A stretch of 64,000 nt of DNA, from the NCBI GenBank assembly GCA_022708025.1, contig JAKIZM010000008.1, positions 4,612-68,611 of the forward strand, in the 5' to 3' direction. This document shows positions 9,309-18,242 of this stretch, in pieces. Origin of the DNA: Bacteroidota bacterium. Lineage in GTDB: Bacteria; Bacteroidota; Ignavibacteria; Ignavibacteriales; Ignavibacteriaceae. Below the pieces are notes generated by a model. The model did not search any database and had not been told where the DNA came from. It saw only the letters and a list, made by a program, of their open reading frames with translations. Within the stretch, counting starts at the first letter, position 1; the number at the start of each line of letters is the position of its first letter. The translations under genes were made by a program, and so were the position numbers.

Positions 9309-11327
9309 ATGAGAGAAATAAGAGAAAAAATTAATTCAATTGATGATCAGATTCTTAGGCTTTTAGCTGATAGAAGAAAACTCAGTGTTGAAATTATTAA
9401 ACTAAAGAATCAGGAAAAATCTTCAATCCGTGATAAGGATCGTGAAAAAGAATTATTAACCCGTTTGTTAGAGATTGGTAAAGAATATGGGTTGGATACT
9501 CATTTTATAACCAAAGTATTTCAGGAAATAATAAGTGACTCAATTAAAATACAAAACAGATTTGTCCTTGGAGCAAATAAAAATAATGATAAATCAGAAA
9601 TATTAAAGATTGCAATTCAGGGAATTGAGGGTTCATACAGTTATCTTGCTGCACAACAGTTCTTCAGCAATTCAGAAAAAGCAATTCATTTTAATAAACT
9701 CAATACATTTGATGAAGCGATTGATTCGGTTGAAGACGGCTCTTCTGATTATGCAGTTTTGCCTATAGAAAATACAACAAGCGGCAGTATTAATGATGTA
9801 TATGATGCATTGATGAGTAGTAATCTTCATATTGTAGGTGAAGAAGTTTTTTCTGTAAATCATTGTCTGGTTGGGATTGATGAAGTTCCGTTAAGCGGTA
9901 TCAAAAAAGTCTTTACTCATTATCAGGCTGCAAGACAATGTAGTAAATTTTTAAAATCAATTCCAAATGCAGTAGTTGAATTTTTGTCTGATACTGCTAG
10001 CTCAGTTGAATATATCAAAGAACAAGGTGATAATTCTTTTGCTGCAATTGCAAGCAAGGAAGCGTCTGATATTTTTAATACAGTAGTGTTGCGTGAAAAC
10101 ATTGCAAATCAACAGGGAAATTTTACCAGATTTATTATTTGCTCACGAGAACCGATAGTTGTTGATGAACGAATTCCTGCAAAAACTTCTCTGATATTAG
10201 CTACAACTCAAAAACCTGGAGCACTTGTTGAAGCATTGTCAGTATTTAAAGAATTTCATATTAATATGACTAAACTGGAATCAAGACCAATAATCGGAAA
10301 TCCCTGGGAAGAGATGTTTTATCTTGATTTTCAGGGAAACATTCAAGATCATAAAATAAGATCCTTACTTGATCAGGTTGGTAAATTTACAAGATATTTA
10401 AAAGTATTGGGATGTTATCCTGTTAAAGATATTGACAGAACAAAAATCGATCGGCTTCCAGTTAAACCAAACGGAGATCATCAGAAAACAAATATTGAAC
10501 AGGATACTTCTCAGAAAAAAACAAAATCAAAAATAACTTATAAGCTTGCCAGCAGAGAATATAAACAAGAAGATACGATTATCTCTGTTAAAGATGTTAA
10601 GATTGGTGATGGAAGTTTCGTGATAATTGCAGGACCTTGTTCAGTTGAGTCTTATGATCAGATAATGAAATGTGCAAGCGAAGTTAAAGAGAACTTTGCA
10701 CATATATTAAGAGGTGGTTGTTTTAAACCCCGCACTTCACCTTATGCTTTTCAGGGACTTGGTTTTGAAGCACTTGATTATTTAAGATCTGCCGGTGATG
10801 ATTATGACCTTCCAATTATAACAGAAGTTCTTTCAATTGAACAGGTTGAAAAAGTTGCTGCAAAATCAGATATATTGCAAATAGGTGCAAGAAATATGCA
10901 GAATTTCTCGTTACTTTCTGAAGTTGGAAGATCATTCCGTCCGGTGTTACTTAAAAGGGGTTTGATGGCTTCAATTGAAGAATTTTTAAACGCTGCTGAG
11001 TACATACTTGCACGCGGAAACAGACAAGTTATTTTATGTGAACGGGGTATCAGAACATTTGAAACCGCAACAAGAAATACATTGGACTTAAGTGCAATAC
11101 CGGTTTTAAAAGAGTTGACTCATTTACCAATAATTGTTGACCCTTCTCATGCTATCGGACAAAGAGATAAAGTTATTCCACTTGCCAAAGCTGCAAAAGC
11201 CGTTGGTGCTGATGGCATAATGGTTGAGATTCATCCTGAACCGGAAAAAGCTTTAAGCGATGGTGAACAATCTTTAAGATTTGAACAATTTCGGCAGATG
11301 ACATACGAACTTGAGAAAATGAATTGA
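9309..11327 (+). CDS. fusion protein: chorismate mutase / prephenate dehydratase / ACT domain / 3-deoxy-7-phosphoheptulonate (DAHP) synthase class I-beta
   Basis: aa 1-85 form an AroQ-type CM helix ([26 protein letters not shown]). aa ~98-285 are PDT ([19 protein letters not shown] motif). aa ~290-370 are ACT (LESRPI). A K/T/Q-rich linker follows. aa ~410-672 are DAHPS/KDO8PS-like ([34 protein letters not shown]). Confidence 0.85.
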   Translation: MREIREKINSIDDQILRLLADRRKLSVEIIKLKNQEKSSIRDKDREKELLTRLLEIGKEYGLDTHFITKVFQEIISDSIKIQNRFVLGANKNNDKSEILKIAIQGIEGSYSYLAAQQFFSNSEKAIHFNKLNTFDEAIDSVEDGSSDYAVLPIENTTSGSINDVYDALMSSNLHIVGEEVFSVNHCLVGIDEVPLSGIKKVFTHYQAARQCSKFLKSIPNAVVEFLSDTASSVEYIKEQGDNSFAAIASKEASDIFNTVVLRENIANQQGNFTRFIICSREPIVVDERIPAKTSLILATTQKPGALVEALSVFKEFHINMTKLESRPIIGNPWEEMFYLDFQGNIQDHKIRSLLDQVGKFTRYLKVLGCYPVKDIDRTKIDRLPVKPNGDHQKTNIEQDTSQKKTKSKITYKLASREYKQEDTIISVKDVKIGDGSFVIIAGPCSVESYDQIMKCASEVKENFAHILRGGCFKPRTSPYAFQGLGFEALDYLRSAGDDYDLPIITEVLSIEQVEKVAAKSDILQIGARNMQNFSLLSEVGRSFRPVLLKRGLMASIEEFLNAAEYILARGNRQVILCERGIRTFETATRNTLDLSAIPVLKELTHLPIIVDPSHAIGQRDKVIPLAKAAKAVGADGIMVEIHPEPEKALSDGEQSLRFEQFRQMTYELEKMN

Positions 11328-11362
11328 ATTAAATCAAGATAATTAATTTTATCAACTATCGA

Positions 11363-11397
11363 CTCATTGGAATTTTAAATGAGATTATTTTTTTTTA
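11363..11397 (+). terminator. weak candidate terminator after the CM-PDT-DAHPS gene
   Basis: A 6-bp AT-rich stem CTCATT/AATGAG with a 9-nt loop, followed by a run of T. The stem is weak. Confidence 0.3.
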
Positions 11398-11478
11398 TTC
11401 AATTATTTAATTGTATAATGCAGCTATTCTAGTTCATCTTATCATTTTTATTTGTATGTATTCGTATAATTTCCACTT

Positions 11479-14400
11479 ATGAAAAATGCAATTAAAATAC
11501 TGTTTATTTTACTTTTAGTTAATATTCAGATATTAGCACAAAATAAACTGTTTAAAAGTCTAACTGTTCAGGAAGGACTTTCAGATGAAGATATTAATTG
11601 CATCATTCAGGATAAAAAGGGATTCTTATGGATCGGCACTGAAAGCGGATTAAACAGATATGATGGATACGAATTTAAAATTTTTAAATACAATCAGAAT
11701 GATAAAAACAGTTTACCAAATAATAGTATATGGTCATTGTATGAAGATAAGAAAGGTAATATTTGGATTGGGACAAAAAGCGGCGATCTGGTCAGGTTTT
11801 CACCTATTGATGAAAAGTTTTATACCATTGAATTTGCAAATTCAAAGATTACCGATAATAGTATTACTTCAATAATCGAAGATACAAAAGGAGATATCTG
11901 GTTCGGTACTTATTCAAATGGGTTATACAGATATAAAATATCTAACGGACAAATTAAAAATTGGGATTATGAACGAGATTTACCAAATACTTTAAGCAAC
12001 AATTATGTCACATCACTTTTAGTAGATAAATATGGCGGTATCTGGGCTACGACCTACAATGGATTAAATTATATCAATCCAAATGAGGATGAAAATAAGA
12101 TTGTTGTTTATCGAAATAAACCCGGAAATAATAATTCAATAAACAATGATTTGATTTGGAATATATCAGAATCAAAATATGATGATGATCTTTTATTTAT
12201 TTGTAATGCGGGAGGTTTAAACACCTATAATCAGAAATCTAAAAAATTTGGTCAGATTAATTTTGTTATCGAATATCCTTCTCAATTCAGCAGCGGCGTT
12301 GCATCAGTTGTAGAAGATAAAAGCGAGAATGAAAATATTTTATGGATTGCAACTTATGGAGGACTATTTAAACTGGATTTAAATTCAGGCAAGTCAAAAC
12401 AGTTTATTGCTGATAAAGAAAATTCTCTGGGACTTATCACAAATCAAATTGACCGGATTATGATGGATAAGTCAGGAGTTCTCTGGTTAATAACAGATAA
12501 AGGACTAAACTATTTACCTTCTTCCATAAAAAAGATTAATTATTCCTTTTTAGATTATTTATCGCAACCAATAGTTCAGGAACTATTTAAAACTGATATT
12601 AAAGCTATCTTAGCTTTAGACAGCAGAACTACGATTTTGGGATCACCTGATGGAGCATTTTCAATGACAATCAATAATGGAAATATCACTTTAAAAAAAA
12701 ATGAAGAGATAAGTAATCTCAATATTTGGTCGTTGGAAAAAGGAAGTGATAATTCCATTTGGATCGGTACTTACGGTAATGGATTATTTAACTACAATCT
12801 CAAAACAAAAAAGATAAAAAAATATCCAATTGAATCACCAACTTTTAAAACGTCTGCTTTTGAATATATAAGAACATTAAAGTTAGGTGATAATGATACG
12901 CTTTGGGTGGGTTTTTGGGGCGGAGGATTAGGTGCATTAAATACTGTAACAGGTAAATATAAGATTTGGATACCGGACCCGGCTAATCCAAACAGCATTA
13001 GTTATAATGACATATCTAAAATACATTTGGATAAATCCGGACGGGTTTGGATTGCAACTAATGGCGGAGGGTTAAATTTATTTATACCCAAAGATGGAGG
13101 TAAGTTTTTACATTGGACATATTCAGCTAACGATAAGAACAGCATTTTAAATAATGCACTACAATGTATTACCGAACAACAAACAAATAATAGCGACGAA
13201 ACAATCCTGTACATAGGTTCTGATATAGGACTGAATAAAATGATTATTAAAAACCGTGGTAAAGATATTTATGATTTAGAGGTGAGTTTTATAAATCTTT
13301 CAGAACAATTAAATATTCCGGATGTATCAGTCAGAAGTATCGTTTTATATTCTGATGACATTTGGATTACTACAAATAAAGGTATTTATCAATACAAATC
13401 CGGAAGTAAAAAATTATTCAATTATGGGATTTCAGATGGCTGCGGTTCTTTAATCTTCAATTCAAATGCTGAAGTTAAATTAGCTGATAACAGTATTATT
13501 TTTGGCAGTGCTAAAGGTCCTGCATTATTAAATCCAAATATGATTGATCACTCTTATTTTGAACCTAATATTGTTTTTACCGACTTTTTGATTTTTAATG
13601 AAAGTATTTCAAACAAAGATAAAACACCATTAAATAAAAGTATTGCATACACAGATACAATAATATTAGCATACTCAGAAAATGTTATTACATTTAAATT
13701 TTCTGCTCTTGATTTTAATTCCAATGAAGGGCTCAATTATGTTTATAAAATGGAAGGGTTTGATAATAAATGGACTCAGCTAAATAAAACAAACAGTGCA
13801 TCATATACGAATCTAAATCCGGGCAATTATATCTTTAGAGTTAAGGGAACTAATAGTGATGGTAAATGGGGAACAAAAGAAGCTGATATTCAAATTAAAA
13901 TTAAATATCCCTGGTGGCGTACTATTTGGGCTTATATAGCTTATATTATTGTAATTATAGTAATTCTTCTACTTATCAGGAGGTTTGAAGTTAGCAGAAC
14001 ACATCTTAGAAATGAATTAAAAAATCTTGAGTTTGAAGCAAAGAAATTAAAGGAAATCGAAATGATGAAATCAAGATTCTTTGCAAATATCTCCCACGAA
14101 TTCAGAACACCTTTAATGCTTATCAAAGGACCTCTTGAACAATTACTTATTAAAGAAGGTAATTATGATGAGCTTACCAGAATGGCTTATAACAATACGG
14201 GAAAATTAAAATCATTAATTGATCAATTACTTGATTTATCTAAACTTGAATCAAATTTAATTCCATTAAATACAAACAAAGTTGATCTATCTATAATAAT
14301 TAAAGGATTTATTTATTCTTTTAAAACTGTTGCTGAGCAGAAAAATATTGTTCTTGATCTCGATTGCCCTGACGAAAAGATGATTGCAGAAATTGATTTA

Positions 14401-15627
14401 GATAAATTTGAAAAGATTATTAATAATCTGCTTTCAAATGCATATAAGTTTACCCCTGCAGGCGGTTCAATTTTGGTTTCTGTTAAAAAGAGAATTTTAA
14501 ATGATCAAGCATTTTATGATTTAATAATTAAAGACAGCGGAATAGGAATACCTGAGGATAAAATTTCAAAAATATTTGATAGATTTTATCAGGTTGATGA
14601 TTCCTCAAACAGAAGTTATGGTGGCTCCGGTATTGGATTATCTTTAGTTAAAGAATTTGTAGAGCTGCATCAATGGGAAATTTCAGTTAAAAGTAGTCCA
14701 AGTAAAGGAACTCAATTTTTAATATCAATACCGGCAATTTCATCCGAAATAGCTGAAGATGTTGATTATAAGCTTACTGAAGTTCAAACAGCAAAGCAAT
14801 TAAATGAAGTTCTAATATATAATCAGAATGATGAAGAGCAGATATTATTGTCAAAAGATGGTGAAACCAAACCAACAATTCTGATAGTTGAAGATTCAAA
14901 AGAAGTAAGACAATTTGTTAAAGGATTGTTAGTTGATAGTTATTCTATAATTGAAGCTGAAGATGGAAAAAAGGGGATTGAAATGGCTATCAATATTTTA
15001 CCGGAACTTATTATAAGTGATGTAATGATGCCGGTAATGGATGGTCTTGAATTTTGTAAGAAAATTAAAACTGATATTCAGACTTCTCACATTCCGGTTA
15101 TTTTACTTACTGCTAAAGCAACAGGTGATAGTAAATTAGAGGGATTGGAAACAGGAGCTGATGAATATCTGACAAAACCATTTGAGTTAAAAGAATTACT
15201 CATCAGAGTCAAAAATCTTTTAGAATCAAGAAGAATATTAAAGGAAAAATTCAGTAAAGATGTTTATGTTAAACCTGAAAACATCGCTGTCAATCAATTA
15301 GATAAAGAGTTTCTGGATAAAGCATTTCAGGTAGCTGAAAAAAATATAGATAAGCCGGAATTCGATTCTGAAGAATTTGCAAAAGAGATGTATTTAAGCC
15401 GAAGTCAATTCCATAGGAAACTGCAAGCAGTTACCGGACAGGCACCGGGAGAGTTTATGAGAATCTTCAGATTAAAAAAAGCTGCTAAATTACTTCTTGA
15501 AAAAAAATTCAGTGTTACACAAATTGCGTACGAAGTTGGTTTTAACAGTCCCTCACATTTTACAAAAGCATTTAAACAAATGTTTAATTGTTTGCCATCA
15601 GAATATGTTAACAAAAACAACTTTTAG
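11479..15627 (+). CDS. hybrid two-component system sensor histidine kinase / response regulator with AraC-type HTH (HTCS)
   Basis: 1382 aa. Signal peptide, many Reg_prop beta-propeller repeats (GLNRYDGY, IWIGT, GGLN), a Y_Y_Y domain (YIFRVKGTNSDGKWG) and a TM helix. Then HisKA H-box FFANISHEFRTPL, HATPase (GGSGIGLSLVKE), REC (ILIVEDS...DVMMPVMDG...LTAK) and a C-terminal AraC HTH (SPSHFTKAFKQMF). Confidence 0.92.
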   Translation: MKNAIKILFILLLVNIQILAQNKLFKSLTVQEGLSDEDINCIIQDKKGFLWIGTESGLNRYDGYEFKIFKYNQNDKNSLPNNSIWSLYEDKKGNIWIGTKSGDLVRFSPIDEKFYTIEFANSKITDNSITSIIEDTKGDIWFGTYSNGLYRYKISNGQIKNWDYERDLPNTLSNNYVTSLLVDKYGGIWATTYNGLNYINPNEDENKIVVYRNKPGNNNSINNDLIWNISESKYDDDLLFICNAGGLNTYNQKSKKFGQINFVIEYPSQFSSGVASVVEDKSENENILWIATYGGLFKLDLNSGKSKQFIADKENSLGLITNQIDRIMMDKSGVLWLITDKGLNYLPSSIKKINYSFLDYLSQPIVQELFKTDIKAILALDSRTTILGSPDGAFSMTINNGNITLKKNEEISNLNIWSLEKGSDNSIWIGTYGNGLFNYNLKTKKIKKYPIESPTFKTSAFEYIRTLKLGDNDTLWVGFWGGGLGALNTVTGKYKIWIPDPANPNSISYNDISKIHLDKSGRVWIATNGGGLNLFIPKDGGKFLHWTYSANDKNSILNNALQCITEQQTNNSDETILYIGSDIGLNKMIIKNRGKDIYDLEVSFINLSEQLNIPDVSVRSIVLYSDDIWITTNKGIYQYKSGSKKLFNYGISDGCGSLIFNSNAEVKLADNSIIFGSAKGPALLNPNMIDHSYFEPNIVFTDFLIFNESISNKDKTPLNKSIAYTDTIILAYSENVITFKFSALDFNSNEGLNYVYKMEGFDNKWTQLNKTNSASYTNLNPGNYIFRVKGTNSDGKWGTKEADIQIKIKYPWWRTIWAYIAYIIVIIVILLLIRRFEVSRTHLRNELKNLEFEAKKLKEIEMMKSRFFANISHEFRTPLMLIKGPLEQLLIKEGNYDELTRMAYNNTGKLKSLIDQLLDLSKLESNLIPLNTNKVDLSIIIKGFIYSFKTVAEQKNIVLDLDCPDEKMIAEIDLDKFEKIINNLLSNAYKFTPAGGSILVSVKKRILNDQAFYDLIIKDSGIGIPEDKISKIFDRFYQVDDSSNRSYGGSGIGLSLVKEFVELHQWEISVKSSPSKGTQFLISIPAISSEIAEDVDYKLTEVQTAKQLNEVLIYNQNDEEQILLSKDGETKPTILIVEDSKEVRQFVKGLLVDSYSIIEAEDGKKGIEMAINILPELIISDVMMPVMDGLEFCKKIKTDIQTSHIPVILLTAKATGDSKLEGLETGADEYLTKPFELKELLIRVKNLLESRRILKEKFSKDVYVKPENIAVNQLDKEFLDKAFQVAEKNIDKPEFDSEEFAKEMYLSRSQFHRKLQAVTGQAPGEFMRIFRLKKAAKLLLEKKFSVTQIAYEVGFNSPSHFTKAFKQMFNCLPSEYVNKNNF

Positions 15628-15661
15628 CCAAAATATTTAATTCTTTTACAAAATTCCAGAC

Positions 15662-15713
15662 TTGCAACATTTTCGCTATTCTTTGACACAAATTCGATAG
15701 CAGCAGCTTTATC
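15662..15713 (+). promoter_or_regulatory. promoter/operator-like motif, copy A
   Basis: TTGCAACA-N4-CGCTA-N3-T-TTGACA-CAAA..CGA, then TTTATC about 19 nt after the TTGACA. It is nearly identical in architecture to copy B at 16199-16250, with the same 21-nt offset between TTGCAACA and TTGACA. Confidence 0.4.
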
Positions 15714-15787
15714 TGAAGATTATCTTAGCAGTTAAAATTTATAAAGACTATTTAATAAAACTTAAGCAAAATCTGATTAAAGCTAAG

Positions 15788-15817
15788 CAGTAATTCCATT
15801 TTGAAATGGAATTACTG
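15788..15817. other. perfect 13-bp inverted repeat (hairpin or palindromic operator)
   Basis: CAGTAATTCCATT-TTGA-AATGGAATTACTG. No T-tract on either side, so it is not a canonical intrinsic terminator. Confidence 0.5.
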
Positions 15818-15870
15818 TCAGAATTTAAATAAATAATAATTATTGCAAACATTATGGGGTTATTTGTTAA

Positions 15871-16071
15871 ATGATTAAAAATTTTAAGAAAAGCTTTTTA
15901 GATTATGTAAGAAAAAATTTATTTAGGCTCTTTTATTTATTCATTCTATTGACATTAATCATTTTGGTTTTTAACCACCATAAAGCCAAAGAAAGTGATA
16001 AAATAGAGCATACGATTTTTAAGAATTCAGAAAGATTAATTAAAAAAGCTGCTTCGATGGATAAATTTTAA
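15871..16071 (+). CDS. hypothetical small single-pass membrane protein (66 aa)
   Basis: It is the only ORF of at least 60 aa in the 666-bp gap. One hydrophobic helix (LFRLFYLFILLTLIILVF) is flanked by basic residues. No recognisable family, and coding status is uncertain. Confidence 0.3.
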   Translation: MIKNFKKSFLDYVRKNLFRLFYLFILLTLIILVFNHHKAKESDKIEHTIFKNSERLIKKAASMDKF

Positions 16072-16198
16072 TTAATCATTTTAAGAATAAATGAGTAGAA
16101 AATACTTTGATAAATCTTTCATATTGAACGTTTAAAAGAAATAACTAAAAAGATATAAACTTCTAGAACATTGCAAATAATGTCTGAGTTTTTACATT

Positions 16199-16250
16199 TT
16201 GCAACAAATCCGCTAATATTTGACACAAAAACGACGGATATGCTTTAAAT
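16199..16250 (+). promoter_or_regulatory. promoter/operator-like motif, copy B (upstream of the first beta-helix gene)
   Basis: TTGCAACA-N4-CGCTA-N3-T-TTGACA-CAAA..CGA, then 18 nt to TTTAAA (16244-16249). It ends 44 nt before ATG 16294. Confidence 0.45.
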
Positions 16251-16293
16251 TATTAAATAATTTTCTGCAGAAAATTAAAAAAGAAAAGGAATA

Positions 16294-18210
16294 ATGCTAA
16301 AACACAAATTTCTCCTAATTGACTTATTGAAATATTTGTCGATAACAATTTTTGTAATTATGACTTTAATATGTACAAGCAATGCTTTTGCACAAGAAGT
16401 TTATGTTATAAACTCATTAGCAGATGATGAGTTTTCATCTGCTTACGACGATCCGAATACTCCCGCTGACGAATCAAAAGACGGAATATGCGGAGATGAG
16501 CTGGGTCGTTGTACGCTCAGAGCAGCAATTGAAGAAGCATATAATAGAAATGCTGCAGCTAAATTCATTTTTAATGTTTCCGGCACTATAGACCTTTATA
16601 ATTTTCTTGAAATTCCGGACAATTGTGAAATTGACGGAGCAAATCAAATAGAAATAAGTGGTTTTTATCCAATTTCAGCAGTGGATAATACAAAGATCAA
16701 AGGGCTAAGAATTTCTACTACATTTGGAGTTGAAATAAGCGGTACAAATAACATAATTGGAGATCCAAATCATTATAACGAGTTTGTAAATTCATATACT
16801 TCTTTGATTATTACTGGAGATAATAACAAAGTAATAAACAATTATTTTGGAATTACTAAAGATGGCAATCTGATGCCTAATCAATATGGGCTTATGGTAG
16901 CAGGTAGTAATAATGAAATTGGTGAAGTGGACCCTTCAAATGGAAATGTATTTTGCGGAAATCAAACTTCAGCCATTGAAATTGCAACCGGTAGTGATAA
17001 TAAAGTTAAAAATAATCTTATCGGAACAACTGCTGATGGAAGAACTGATGCTGGAAATAAGACAGGCATACTTATAGGCGGTTCCGATAATAATATTATT
17101 GGCGGCGAAACCTGGGAAGAAGGGAATGTTATTTCCGGAAATAATACAAATGGAATTTTTATTACAGCTTCTCCACCTGATAGTTACTCAGATAATAATA
17201 TTATTTCGCATAATATAATTGGTCTAAAACCTGATAAGTCAACTTGGATACCTAATAACAGCGGTATTACTATAACCAATGCAACAATGGGTGCACAAAT
17301 TTATGATAATATAATTTCTGGTAATGATGGAAATGGTATTGAAATCTTTGCTTATGATGAAGATTCATTTACTCTCTCTCATGTTATTTATAGAAACTTT
17401 ATTGGAACCGATGGAGGTGAAAATGTGTTGGGTAATGATGGATACGGAATTTATATCGGTGGTAATGTTAAAATAGTTGCAGTCGGGCAGGATGAAAGTA
17501 ACAGATATGAGGGAAATACAATTGTTGGGAATCGTGTAGGCGGCGTATATATTTCTGCACTCGCAGGTTTTTCACCTGAGAGAATAGTTGTAAGAGATAA
17601 TAAAATTAACACAAACGGTATATTGAATTTGTATGTTGATACTTCTGCAAATATCGGAATAAAACCACCTTATAATCTAAAATACAATTCAGGATTAATA
17701 ACAGGAAAACATTTACTGAAAGGTGCTATTATTGATATTTATAGTGCGAAAAGATTTGAACTTGCTCCTTCAGCTTATTTCAGAATAGGAACAACACACA
17801 CCGATTCGCTTGGTAATTTTTCATATTATACAAATCAAAATATTGAATCAATCGCTGTTACGGCAACTGAATATGTATGGGGAAATACTTCAAGCTTTGC
17901 TAGATTGGATATTGTAACTGATGTTGCGGATGAATTAAAAACGGTGACAGATTATTCATTAAAGCAAAACTATCCTAATCCTTTTAATCCATCTACAAGA
18001 ATTTCTTTCTCAATTCCGAAAGAAGAATTTGTTTCATTAATAGTTTATAATTCTCTTGGTGAAGAAGTTGCAGAACTTGTCAAGGAAACCAAATCGGCAG
18101 GTAATTATTCTGTTTCATTCAATGCGGGAGAATTAACAAGCGGAATCTACTTCTATCAAATAAAAGCGGGAGATTTTCTTGAAACAAGAAAGATGATTCT
18201 GATGAGATAA
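16294..18210 (+). CDS. secreted right-handed parallel beta-helix repeat protein with CSLREA-like N-terminal motif and T9SS C-terminal sorting domain (paralog 1)
   Basis: Signal peptide ending AFAQ. N-terminal LADDE..YDDPNTPADESKDGICGDELGRCTLRAAIEEA. Repeated G..NN.I.GN beta-helix rungs. C-terminal YPNPFNPSTRISFSIP...SGIYFYQIKAGDF is a type A T9SS CTD. Confidence 0.85.
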   Translation: MLKHKFLLIDLLKYLSITIFVIMTLICTSNAFAQEVYVINSLADDEFSSAYDDPNTPADESKDGICGDELGRCTLRAAIEEAYNRNAAAKFIFNVSGTIDLYNFLEIPDNCEIDGANQIEISGFYPISAVDNTKIKGLRISTTFGVEISGTNNIIGDPNHYNEFVNSYTSLIITGDNNKVINNYFGITKDGNLMPNQYGLMVAGSNNEIGEVDPSNGNVFCGNQTSAIEIATGSDNKVKNNLIGTTADGRTDAGNKTGILIGGSDNNIIGGETWEEGNVISGNNTNGIFITASPPDSYSDNNIISHNIIGLKPDKSTWIPNNSGITITNATMGAQIYDNIISGNDGNGIEIFAYDEDSFTLSHVIYRNFIGTDGGENVLGNDGYGIYIGGNVKIVAVGQDESNRYEGNTIVGNRVGGVYISALAGFSPERIVVRDNKINTNGILNLYVDTSANIGIKPPYNLKYNSGLITGKHLLKGAIIDIYSAKRFELAPSAYFRIGTTHTDSLGNFSYYTNQNIESIAVTATEYVWGNTSSFARLDIVTDVADELKTVTDYSLKQNYPNPFNPSTRISFSIPKEEFVSLIVYNSLGEEVAELVKETKSAGNYSVSFNAGELTSGIYFYQIKAGDFLETRKMILMR

Positions 18211-18242
18211 AAATTTTAATAAAATTTTTAGGAGAACCAAAA

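Noticed and set aside
11660-15620. Short internal ORFs within and antisense to the HTCS gene: 11660-11875, 12576-12758, 12792-12998, 13002-13214, 13554-13736, 13941-14126 and 15405-15620.
   Set aside because: All are nested in a continuous 1382-aa ORF with unambiguous domain motifs along its whole length.
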